DNA from: an uncultured Verrucomicrobiae bacterium
GTDB lineage: Bacteria > Verrucomicrobiota > Verrucomicrobiia > Chthoniobacterales > UBA10450
Length of the DNA: 64,000 nt
Assembly (NCBI GenBank): GCA_963726745.1
Contig: CAVSDR010000006.1
Span: forward strand, 32,001-96,000
Direction of reading: 5' to 3'
In this document: in pieces, positions 43,370 to 52,132 of the stretch
Numbering within the stretch: position 1 is the stretch's first letter
Layout of the letters: each line of letters begins with the position of its first letter
The notes under the pieces: model-generated
Told to the model about the DNA's origin: nothing
Seen by the model: only the letters and a program-made list of their open reading frames with translations
Databases searched by the model: none
Translations under genes and position numbers: made by a program

Positions 43370-45845
43370 GGCCTAACGAGACGATGTTTGCGAAGAGCCG
43401 GTAGGCGCCGGGCACGCCCGCCGGGAGCTGGCGGAAGAAGGAGAGGCCGGTGTAGACGAACCAGCCCTGGCCCACCCGGGCCACCAGCAGACCGCCCTCG
43501 GCCGGTTTTTCGCCCGGGTCGTTAGCCGACAAGATCGGCTGCCATTCGCGGCTCCACTCGTTAGGGAAATAGAGTCCGCGTTCCTGCACCCAGCCGCCAA
43601 AATCATCCGCGCCCAGCTTGTTTGGGAAGTTTAAGACCGGGTGCTCCGGTGCGAGCAGGCGCACCTCGGCATTTTCATCGGTCACGCGGTCGCGCGAGAC
43701 CTTGAGCGGAAACGGAAGCTGCTCGGGCTTCGGCCCGGGGGTGGTGTTGTATTGGTAGACGACCACGCCGCCGGCTTTGGCGTAGGCCAGCAGTTCCGGG
43801 AACCAGGCGGAAAGGCGGGCCGGATTCACGTTCGCCGCGCGCACCCCGAGGACCACAGCGTCGAACGGCTTCAATTTCGCCGCCTTAACCTCCGAATCAG
43901 CCAGCACTTTCACTTCCGCGCCGATCTCGCGCAGGCTCTCGGGAATGGCATCGCCCGCGCCGGGCAAATAGCCGACAAGCTTGGCCCGGTTCGCGATCGG
44001 CGCACGGACCACCTGCGCAGTCGCGGGCGAGATCAGCGTCTGCGGCTGGATGTGCGGATACTCGATTTGCTGGCGGCTCTGCGCCGGCGTGCGCGCGCCT
44101 TCGGGCCCGAGCGCGACCGCGCGCAAGGTCACTTCGCCCGCCGCCGCCGGCGGGGTGACCGTGAAACTGCAGGTCGTCTCGCTCTCCGCACCGTGCAATT
44201 CCACCGGCACGGAAGCCGGCTCGACTTTCCAACCGGCCGGCGCTTCCAGCGCCACCGCGCCCTGGATCGTCTCGGCCGCGGCAAGGACGCGCAGGTCGAT
44301 GCGCTTGGGCTCGCTCGCCGGGAAGACGAAGACCGCCTGCGGAAATTGCACAAAGACCGGCGGCGCGATCACCAACGGGCGCGTGGTCTCGCCCTGCACG
44401 CGATCGACCGTGCGCGAGCGCGGCTCCAATTCGTAGGCTATTTCTTCGCCGGCGATCGCCAGCCGGACGGTCACCGGGAACGCGGGCGGATTCTCCGGCA
44501 GCCCGATGAGCCGCTGCTCGGCGACCGTGAAAGTTCCCAGGGTGCCGGGCGCGCGCAGCCAATACGGCTGCGAAAAAGGAAGATCGCGCGGAAGCTCGAG
44601 CGTGAGCTTCTTCGTCAGGAGTTCATCGCGGCGCAAAGGCTCCTGGAACTTCTCCGTCCGCACGCCGCGGAGTTCCACCGCGACCGGCGAACGATTGATC
44701 GCTTCGACCTGGAGATTAATTTTTTCGCCGGGCTGCGCCGCCGGCTTTTCCACGATCGCCTCGAGGTGCAGGCCCAGGCAGGCCGCGATGAGCCGCTCGA
44801 CCGCGCGCGTTTTCTCCTGCGCCCAGAAGTTGTCGCCTAACGACTGCAATTGCTTTCGCAACTCGAGCAGCGCCGGGACGGAGGCAGAGGGCTCGGTGGC
44901 GCGGTAGTCCCGCAAAATAGCCGACACTTTCTCACCGATTATCTTCCCGTTCGGCACGCGGCCCCAGCCAGTCTCGATGCCGCTGAAAAGGTTCGCGCCT
45001 TCGACCGGCTGGCCGGCGAGCAACTTGAAGTATTCCTTGTCCGAGCCGCGCTCAATGCTTACGCCAAAGCCCTGGCTTTTGTGCATCGTGCGGCTGGCGG
45101 CAGCGATCTCTGGATACGACTTCCCGAGAAGCGGCTGGTAACCGCCCGCCTCGATCTCGATCAAACCGGTGGGGTCGAACGGAAGGTTGCGCGCGCGGAA
45201 GAAAAACGCCGAGGTGTTCCAGAGCAGCCGCGTCGCCTGCCATGGCTGGACGTCGCCGAGTTGCTCTGGAAAACGCTCGGGATCGGCCGCGGCCTGGAAG
45301 GCCTCGAGCGCGAGTTGCGCGGAGGCGGTGTGGTGGCCGTGCGTTTCGTTGTCGGTAGGCGAAAAGCGGGTCACGATGACGTCCGGGCGGAACTGGCGAA
45401 TGGCCCAGACAGTGTCGGCTAAAATTTTCTCGCGATCCCAGATGCGCAGGGTTTCCGCGACCGACTTGGAGTAGCCAAAATCGTTCGCGCGCGAGAAGAA
45501 CTGCCGGCCGTGATCGATCCGGCGCGCGGCCAGCAGCTCCTGCGTGCGGATGACCCCGAGCTGCTCGCGCAGCTCGGGGCCGATGAGGTTTTGCCCGCCG
45601 TCGCCGCGGGTTAACGAGAGGTAGGCCGCGTCGAGGAGCGCGCCATTCTCCCAGGAGGCGATCAGGCCAGTGTTCTCGTCGTCCGGGTGCGCGGCCACAT
45701 AGAGCACGCGCCCGAGGACGTTCAGTTTCTCGAGCGCGAGCCGGATCTCCGCCGCGTCCATCGGCGGCGGCAGCTCGGCGGCGCGGGCGGACGCGAGACT
45801 GATCACGGCCGCAAGCGCGCCGCACACGAGCGACTGGCGAAACAT
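43359..45845 (-). CDS. Secreted multidomain PIG-L family deacetylase (Ig-like/NEW3 region, C-terminal glutamine-amidotransferase-like domain)
   Basis: Signal peptide; AAHPDDEN, TRGDGGQN, RTQELLAARRID, HGHH, HKSQGFG, GWVQERGLYF. Confidence 0.88.
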   Translation of the reverse strand: MFRQSLVCGALAAVISLASARAAELPPPMDAAEIRLALEKLNVLGRVLYVAAHPDDENTGLIASWENGALLDAAYLSLTRGDGGQNLIGPELREQLGVIRTQELLAARRIDHGRQFFSRANDFGYSKSVAETLRIWDREKILADTVWAIRQFRPDVIVTRFSPTDNETHGHHTASAQLALEAFQAAADPERFPEQLGDVQPWQATRLLWNTSAFFFRARNLPFDPTGLIEIEAGGYQPLLGKSYPEIAAASRTMHKSQGFGVSIERGSDKEYFKLLAGQPVEGANLFSGIETGWGRVPNGKIIGEKVSAILRDYRATEPSASVPALLELRKQLQSLGDNFWAQEKTRAVERLIAACLGLHLEAIVEKPAAQPGEKINLQVEAINRSPVAVELRGVRTEKFQEPLRRDELLTKKLTLELPRDLPFSQPYWLRAPGTLGTFTVAEQRLIGLPENPPAFPVTVRLAIAGEEIAYELEPRSRTVDRVQGETTRPLVIAPPVFVQFPQAVFVFPASEPKRIDLRVLAAAETIQGAVALEAPAGWKVEPASVPVELHGAESETTCSFTVTPPAAAGEVTLRAVALGPEGARTPAQSRQQIEYPHIQPQTLISPATAQVVRAPIANRAKLVGYLPGAGDAIPESLREIGAEVKVLADSEVKAAKLKPFDAVVLGVRAANVNPARLSAWFPELLAYAKAGGVVVYQYNTTPGPKPEQLPFPLKVSRDRVTDENAEVRLLAPEHPVLNFPNKLGADDFGGWVQERGLYFPNEWSREWQPILSANDPGEKPAEGGLLVARVGQGWFVYTGLSFFRQLPAGVPGAYRLFANIVSLGHAP

Positions 45846-45863
45846 GGAGGCAAGGCCCGGCGC

Positions 45864-46745
45864 CTAACGAAGGCTGTCGATCAGGAGCTGGTTGTTGCGC
45901 ATTGCGCTTTCGTCCGGCTCCGGCTGGGCCTTCAGGATCTCATTCGACTTCTCAGCGGCGGCGATCGCTTCCGATTTCTTCCCGAGCTTGGCCAGGATCT
46001 GCGCCTTCTTGGTGAACATATAGTAGGCCTTCGGGTTCATCTCGGTGGCTTTGTCGACCCATTTGGCCGCCTGCTCGAGGTCCTTGTTCTGCTCGAAGTA
46101 AAAGCTGCCGGCGTTGTAGTAAAAGCCGGCGTCCTGTTCTTTCCCGCCCTGGATCGTCTTTTCGATCGCCTGGGAGACCTGCGCAGTCGTGTTCGTGGTC
46201 AACTTGATCGGCACATGCGTCTTGTCCCACTCGAGGAACAAAGTCGCCGTGTCGCTCTTGAGGTTCTCGAAGCCGATGGTGAAACTTTCGGTCACGTCCG
46301 GCACGGTCGCCGGTTTGACCGTGAAGCGCACCAGGTCGGCGTCTGGCTTGTAACCGTAGGCGCCCCAGAGCTTGGTATTCTTCGAGATGATGACCGTCCA
46401 CTCGTTAGCCGTCGGGATGGTATAGACAGCATACTCGCCCGCGGGAATTTCCTTGCCCTCGAGCTGGACGGCATCGCTGACCTTCAGCTTCGTGGGGTCG
46501 TTTGCGCCAGTGCGCCAGACTTTCTCCCAGGGCACGAGGCCACCGAAGATCTCGCGGTTGTTTTTGTTTGGCCGCGAATAATCGATCTCGACGTCGGTCA
46601 GGCCGACGCGTTGCTTGACCACGGCGTGCTGGCTCGCCTGCGGGAACTTGACCTTCTCCTCCTGCGCGGAAACGGCGAGGGCGGTGAGCGTGAGGGTGCA
46701 GACCGCGAGCGCGGCCGATCGGGGGATGAACGATACATAGGACAT
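45864..46745 (-). CDS. DUF2911 domain protein with C-terminal TPR-like helices
   Basis: Signal peptide; PQASQ, YSRP, GGLVPW..VWRTGAN, AGEY..YTIP. Confidence 0.88.
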   Translation of the reverse strand: MSYVSFIPRSAALAVCTLTLTALAVSAQEEKVKFPQASQHAVVKQRVGLTDVEIDYSRPNKNNREIFGGLVPWEKVWRTGANDPTKLKVSDAVQLEGKEIPAGEYAVYTIPTANEWTVIISKNTKLWGAYGYKPDADLVRFTVKPATVPDVTESFTIGFENLKSDTATLFLEWDKTHVPIKLTTNTTAQVSQAIEKTIQGGKEQDAGFYYNAGSFYFEQNKDLEQAAKWVDKATEMNPKAYYMFTKKAQILAKLGKKSEAIAAAEKSNEILKAQPEPDESAMRNNQLLIDSLR

Positions 46746-46791
46746 CTGCCAAGATACGATGCCCGGATGCGAGTCAAAGACTGCTTCGCCC

Positions 46792-46863
46792 TGTCCCCGG
46801 CGGGAATCGAACCCACATCAAAGGTTTAGGAAACCTCCGTTCTATCCGTTGAACTACGGGGAC
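46792..46863 (-). tRNA. tRNA-Arg (anticodon CCT); CCA not encoded
   Basis: GTCCCCG acceptor stem, D-arm, GAGGT-TTCCTAA-ACCTT anticodon arm, GGTTCGATTCC T-arm. Confidence 0.95.
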
Positions 46864-47073
46864 GCAGGAGAGCCTGCGGATTGTCGGCGGCGACCGCTGG
46901 ATTTGCAATGGGCGCGCGGCATGGCGGGCGGGCGAAGAAAGGCTTGCCCGGCGGGGGTTGGCTCGCGCACTCTTCGCGGCGCCGGTGGCGAAAGTGTGGC
47001 CGCCGGCGCCTGATGTTTCCCCCGAGAGTCATGAGCGGCGCACGAAAAGTGCGATCGCGGGCAAAGAAACGCG

Positions 47074-47112
47074 TCGACAACGACGCCGGCACTTTATATG
47101 TTCACCTGAACA
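47074..47112 (+). promoter_or_regulatory. Sigma70-like promoter overlapped by a Verrucomicrobia-type LexA box (TGTTC-N4-GAACA)
   Basis: TCGACA (47074-47079)-N17-TATGTT (47097-47102); TGTTC-ACCT-GAACA at 47099-47112, ending on the A of the ATG. Confidence 0.75.
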
Positions 47113-47207
47113 TGAAGACTCTCGCGCGCCGCCTCCTCGCCTTGCTTCGCCGCCCCTTTGTCCCTCGCCCCGCTCAACTCGAGCTCCCCCTATGGCCGAA
47201 CAAATAG
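47112..47207 (+). CDS. 31-aa micropeptide with a putative beta-clamp-binding motif (QLELPL)
   Basis: MKTLARRLLALLRRPFVPRPAQLELPLWPNK; ATG directly behind the promoter/LexA box. Confidence 0.6.
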   Translation: MKTLARRLLALLRRPFVPRPAQLELPLWPNK

Positions 47208-47407
47208 AAAGCCTCCGCTCCGTCCTCAAGCGCATCCGCGACGACGCCCAGGAGGCGCTCGCGATGCTCGCAGCGAGCGGCCCGGCCCGCTCGCTGGCCT
47301 GGCGCTGCGTGCAATGCGGGAGCGTGAAGCACTTCACCCGACCGGCGGTAAAAGAGGTCGCGCCGCCCTGCCCGAAATGTCGCGGGGCGGAGTTTGCTCC
47401 GCACTGA
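47192..47407 (+). CDS. 71-aa zinc-ribbon protein
   Basis: N-terminal helix, then WRCVQCG...CPKCRG (two CxxC pairs); overlaps the micropeptide ORF. Confidence 0.7.
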   Translation: MAEQIESLRSVLKRIRDDAQEALAMLAASGPARSLAWRCVQCGSVKHFTRPAVKEVAPPCPKCRGAEFAPH

Positions 47408-47427
47408 AGTTGCTGGCTAAATGACGA

Positions 47428-47460
47428 ACGCGCCGTCCCGGTCAATCCAGGACGGCGCGT
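47428..47460. terminator. Hairpin between convergent genes, possibly a bidirectional terminator
   Basis: ACGCGCCGTCC (47428-47438)/GGACGGCGCGT (47450-47460); U-tracts weak. Confidence 0.55.
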
Positions 47461-47498
47461 CACCTTTATAGCCTGCTCCTGGTCGATCAGCCCGCTGG

Positions 47499-49783
47499 CT
47501 AAAACTCGACCGACATGCCGGCGTAGCCGCTCCGGCCGGCCGCGGGATCGATGCTGCCGCCGCCGAACGGGAAGATGCGCGAGTAGTATTTCTTGTCCGC
47601 CAGGTTTGAGATGCCGCCGATCAAACGGACGTTGCGCGTCAGGTAGACTTCGCCGGAGAGGTTGAAGACTTCATACGACGGGATGGAAGCCGGCGGAATG
47701 CTGGCGCTGCCGATGTTCGAGTCGGCCCAGTATTGATCCGACACGTAGACGCCGCTGAAAGTGAGATTGAAGCACTTGTCCCGCTTGAAGGTGATCCCGC
47801 CCTTGAAGACAACGTCCGGCGCATAGGCCGGGGTGTTGCCGACAAAGCTGCGGGTCGTTCCGGGCACGAGCTGCGCGCTGTCGGTGAACTCCGCGTCGAG
47901 GATCTGGAGGTTGCTGAAGACGATCAACTGCAGCGGTCGCGGCGCGGGCAGCGGGGTGCGCACATTCTTGCCATCCTTCGCCTCTTGCGGCTCTGGCTCC
48001 GGCAGGAGCTCGCGCTGGAAGGAAGCCAGGAGATCGTAGGAAACTTCGCCCTCGAAACCGCGATGCCGCGTGGTCCCGGTGTTGACCGCGATGGTGTCGA
48101 ACGGTCCGCCGCCGGGCGCCGCGCGGGTCTCGATGCGGTTATCGAATTCCATCCAGAACAGGCCGACGTCATACCAGAAGCCCTTGATCGGCGTGCCGTG
48201 CACCCCGAGCTCGATGTCGAGCGAGCGGAACGGATCAGGCGTTTCGCCCGGCAGGATCGCGGTGCGCGTGCCTGCGATGTCGAAGAAGCGCACCGGGCGC
48301 CAGCCGGAGGAGGCGCTGAAGTAGGTCTCGTTATTGCCAGCAAAATCATTCCCCAGGCCAATGCCCCAAAGCGGGATCAGCTTGTCGGCACTCCGATTCG
48401 GCTCCGTGCCCGGCCGGAAATAGGGCGCGACATTGGCGTCGACTTCGACGCTCTCGTGATCGAGGCGGAACGACGGCACGATGTGGAATTTCCCGATGCG
48501 GATCAGGTCCTCGACGAAGAACGCTTGGTAATCAGCGGTGCGCTCCTGGTCGAGCGCGACCGTTGCCGACGTCGTCCCGCGCGAGGCGTAGAGGAAGCCG
48601 GGGCCGGTGTTGGCGTTGTTCAAGGTGTAGCGCTGGAAAGGCGCGTCGCCGTGATAGAGCGTGCCGCCAAAGGTAAGCGCGCTGCCGCGGAAAGTGCCGT
48701 CGCCGCCCCAACGTTTGCGTACGCGCAGGTCGACGCCGCCGTTGTTGAACTCCTCATAGCCGAAGGTCGTGCTCGTGGGAAACGCGCCCGTTACCGCGTT
48801 CACGTTGGCGCCAGCGCGCGCATCGATGTCCTGGTGGGTATACCAGGCTTTCGCCTGGACCAGCCAATCGGGCCCGAACTCGCCTTCGTAACGGAGGACG
48901 ACGTTATAGCGATCGACCCAATTGTGATTGTAAGGCGTGACCGCCTGGTCGGAATTGGCGACAAATTGCGCGTAGCTCAAGCGGCCCGGATCTTCGCCAT
49001 CGAAACGGGAAGCATGCGCATCGACCGCGACCAGCTGGCCGGGGGCAAAGCGCCAGCCGAGGTAACCGTTCGCCTGCCAAAGGTCATACTTGTTGTGGTC
49101 GCGCTGCCCTTCCGAGGTGCCGTAGTAACCGTCGAGCCGCATCTCCAGCGGGCCGGAAGCTTCCTGCACCGAGGCGAAGCTGGAGTAGGTGCCATTGGGT
49201 CCGCCGGTTTGCTCCACATACGCGCTCCAGGGCGTGCCGGGAGCCGGGCGCTTGCTCACGTAATTCACCGAAGGCGCAGGCTCTGGCCCGTAGAGCAGGC
49301 TGCTGCCGCCGCGGACGATTTGGATTTCGCTCACGCTCTGCGGGACGGGCAAATAGTAGAGCGTGGGAAACCCGATCCAGTCGCTCATCAGCGGGATGCC
49401 ATCGTGCAGGAAGAGGGTGTACTCAGACTCCTGTGGATTCCCGAGGCCGCGGTAGCTGAAGTTGTATTGCGCGGGGTTTTGCTGCTCGCTCACGATCAAG
49501 CCGGGGGCCTTGGTGTAGAGCTCCTGGAGGTTGTTGTTCTCCACCGGCGGCTGGCGGTCGAGTTTGATCACGCTGGCCTTCTTTGTGACCGTGATCTGCG
49601 TGCCGGCGACCTCGCGCATGATGTGCGCCAGCTTCGGCCGCGCGTCGTCCGGCGAAGGCGTGGGACTGGCCAGGGCCTCGCCGCGGACTTCGATCGGTTG
49701 CACGACTGCTTCCTGCGCTTTGAGCGAAGGATGCAGGACCGGACCGCGGCCAGCAGAGTGATAATGAAGGAAGTGCGTTTCAT
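47499..49783 (-). CDS. TonB-dependent outer-membrane receptor (FecA-like); apparent frameshift near 49730 after the signal peptide
   Basis: Plug motifs (YRG, DGIP, IVRGGSSLLYGP..SVNY), SNLADKKY, C-terminal VEF; signal peptide MKRTSFIITLLAA in another frame. Confidence 0.88.
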
Positions 49784-50029
49784 ATTTGGTTTCGTTAGGC
49801 TAAGGCGGTTTTCGCGGGCCGATTGAGCGCGCTGGCTAATTCCCCGGAAGACTCCGTTCAATGCAGGGCGAAGCTGCCGCGTTCTCCGCTCCTGCGTTTT
49901 GGACCACGGCGGCTTGGCGACTGGGTGGCGCCGGGTTGGGCGCGCAAATTTCAGCCAGGAAACGCGGCCGCGCGGAGAGAATCATGGCGCGGTGTTTAGC
50001 TACGCCCGGCAGGCCTGACAAGAGAAAAG

Positions 50030-50044
50030 TTACACGGTTGTAAT
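50030..50044 (-). promoter_or_regulatory. CusR/CopR-type binding box overlapping the kinase stop codon
   Basis: Palindrome TTACA-CGGT-TGTAA, followed on the minus strand by TTGTCA-N17-TAAACA towards the TonB receptor. Confidence 0.6.
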
Positions 50045-51433
50045 GTTTCTTGCAGCTTTCGGATCTCGCGGAAACGCCAGCTTGACCGCCGTTCCGGCCC
50101 CCGGCGCGCTCGCCACCGAAGCGGTGCCGCCGTGAAGATCCATGATCGATTTCACCAAGGCGAGGCCAAGGCCGGTGCCCTCGGAACTGCGTGAAGCATC
50201 CGCGCGGTAAAAGCGGTCAAAGATTCGGGGAAGATGTTTTTCTGCAATGCCGGCGCCGTCGTCGCGGACCACGACCTCGCAACCATCTTCGCCGCCAGTA
50301 ACCGCGAGCTCGATCGTCCCGCCCGCCGGCGTGTGGCGGAGGGCGTTCTCCACCAAATTACTCACCGCACGGCCGAAGAGCGCGGCATCGGCCACGATCG
50401 CCGCCTGGCCTTGGCAACGCAGCGCAACTCCGTGCTCCTCCGCGAGCGTTTCGTAGTAAGCCGCGATCTTTTCCACGGCCGCGCGCGCGTCAAAGCTCGT
50501 CCGCTCCACGGTCTCGTCGGCGGCTTCCGCGCGCGCCAGAAAGAGCAGGTTGTCGATCATTCCGGAGAGCCGTTCGCACTCGGCCACGCTCGATTCGATG
50601 ACCTCGCGGTATTCGTCCGGCGTGCGCGGGCGGGTGAGCGCGACCTCGGCTTCGCCGCGCAAATTCGCCACCGGGGTGCGCAATTCGTGCGCAAGATCGG
50701 CGGAAAATTGCGAGAGCCGCGTGAACGAATCCTCCAGGCGATCGAGCATCTGGTCGAAGGTGGCCACCAAAGGCTGCAGCTCCCGCGGCCAGTGCTCCGG
50801 CGGGATGCGCTCATGCAAATGCGCCGGGCCCACACGTTCGAGCGAAGCCCGGAGCGCGGTCAGCGGGCGCAGGCCGCTGCGCGTGACCGTGATCGCGATT
50901 GCCGCGGAGACGAGCGTGCCGCAAGCGGTCACGGCCACCAGGAGAAAGGCAAAGCGCCGGCTAAATTGCTCGTCGAGCGAACGGTCCTGCGCCACCTGGA
51001 TGACGTGGCCCGGGCTGCTGGTCGCGAGCAGGCTGAAGATGCGACCCTCCAGGCGACGGCTGATGGGATTCGACTCGTTAGGCCGCGGCGCAGGGAAAAT
51101 CTCCGGCGGAAGTAAAGCGCGCATCCCCGGCGTTTCCGCCACGGTCTGCCCCGCCGGGCCGAGCACGCGGATAAAATAGGCGACCTTTTCACCGGCCCGG
51201 TGCGCCCCGGCTTCGGCCTGGAGGATCTCGGGGCCGGCGGCGCTCTCGAGATCGGCGCGAAGCGCGAGGGCCTTGTCTGCCAGGACTTCGTTGTCCTCTT
51301 CCCAGGCGTGCCGCACGACGATCGCGTAGAGCAGCCCCAGGCTGGCGCAGAGCAGAAGCGCCGCGCTCAAAGTGAAGAGAATTACCAGCCGGGCCGCGAT
51401 CGAGCGCGGCGGTTTACGCGGCTTTGAGGACAT
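50030..51433 (-). CDS. Heavy-metal sensor histidine kinase (CusS/CzcS-like)
   Basis: Two TM segments, HAMP, FSADLAHELRTP, NLVENALRH, IFDRFYR, GTGLGL. Confidence 0.92.
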   Translation of the reverse strand: MSSKPRKPPRSIAARLVILFTLSAALLLCASLGLLYAIVVRHAWEEDNEVLADKALALRADLESAAGPEILQAEAGAHRAGEKVAYFIRVLGPAGQTVAETPGMRALLPPEIFPAPRPNESNPISRRLEGRIFSLLATSSPGHVIQVAQDRSLDEQFSRRFAFLLVAVTACGTLVSAAIAITVTRSGLRPLTALRASLERVGPAHLHERIPPEHWPRELQPLVATFDQMLDRLEDSFTRLSQFSADLAHELRTPVANLRGEAEVALTRPRTPDEYREVIESSVAECERLSGMIDNLLFLARAEAADETVERTSFDARAAVEKIAAYYETLAEEHGVALRCQGQAAIVADAALFGRAVSNLVENALRHTPAGGTIELAVTGGEDGCEVVVRDDGAGIAEKHLPRIFDRFYRADASRSSEGTGLGLALVKSIMDLHGGTASVASAPGAGTAVKLAFPRDPKAARNITTV

Positions 51434-52088
51434 AGCCGACGCCGCGGATCGTGTGCACCAGCTTGACCGGGAAAGGATCGTCCACCTTTGCACGCAACCG
51501 CCGCACGACCACGTCGACCACGTTCGTTTGCGGCTCGAACTTGATGTCCCAGACGTGCTCCACAATTTCCGCGCGCGCGACCACTTCGCCCGGCGAACGC
51601 GCAAGGTGCGCCAGGAGGAGGAACTCCTTCGGCGTGAGATTAAGCGCGGTGCCGGCGCGCGTGGCTTTGTGCCGGCGCACGTCGATCGTCAGGTCTTCGA
51701 GTTGCAAGACCTCGTCTTCGGGCACGGGCGGAGCGCGGCGCAGGAGCATGCGGACACGCGCGAGAAGTTCCGGAAAGGCGAACGGCTTTACCAGGTAATC
51801 ATCCGCGCCCAGTTCCAGGCCTTTCACCCGATCGGGCACGCTGTCGCGCGCGGTCAGGAAAAGAATCGGCGTGCGAATGCCATCGCCGCGCAGCTTGGCC
51901 ACCACCGCCCAGCCGTCTTTTTTCGGCAGCATCACGTCGATGATCATCAAGTCGGTGCGCACCCGCCGCGCGAGATCCAAGCCCGCCTCGCCATCGTGCG
52001 CTCGCTCCACTTCGAAGCCCGCTTCCCGCAAACCTTTCGCCAGGAAGGCGGCAGTTTTTTGTTCGTCTTCGATCAGGAGGATGCGCAT
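51414..52088 (-). CDS. Heavy-metal response regulator (CusR/CzcR-like, OmpR family)
   Basis: DVMLP..DGW, FLTARD, GADDYLVKPFAF, RLRAKVDDPF..KLVHTIRGVGY. Confidence 0.93.
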   Translation of the reverse strand: MRILLIEDEQKTAAFLAKGLREAGFEVERAHDGEAGLDLARRVRTDLMIIDVMLPKKDGWAVVAKLRGDGIRTPILFLTARDSVPDRVKGLELGADDYLVKPFAFPELLARVRMLLRRAPPVPEDEVLQLEDLTIDVRRHKATRAGTALNLTPKEFLLLAHLARSPGEVVARAEIVEHVWDIKFEPQTNVVDVVVRRLRAKVDDPFPVKLVHTIRGVGYVLKAA

Positions 52089-52132
52089 CTCGGCGGGAGA
52101 TTAGTAGGTCGAAGCGCGGCGCTCAAGGGGCG

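Noticed and set aside
46792..46863. tRNA-Arg as an integration site for an island or prophage
   Set aside because: I saw no integrase, no duplicated tRNA 3' end and no compositional shift, and the dispersed motif continues on both sides.
49836..50021. Small ORF in the TonB receptor leader
   Set aside because: No convincing RBS, motif or coding signature; treated as untranslated leader.
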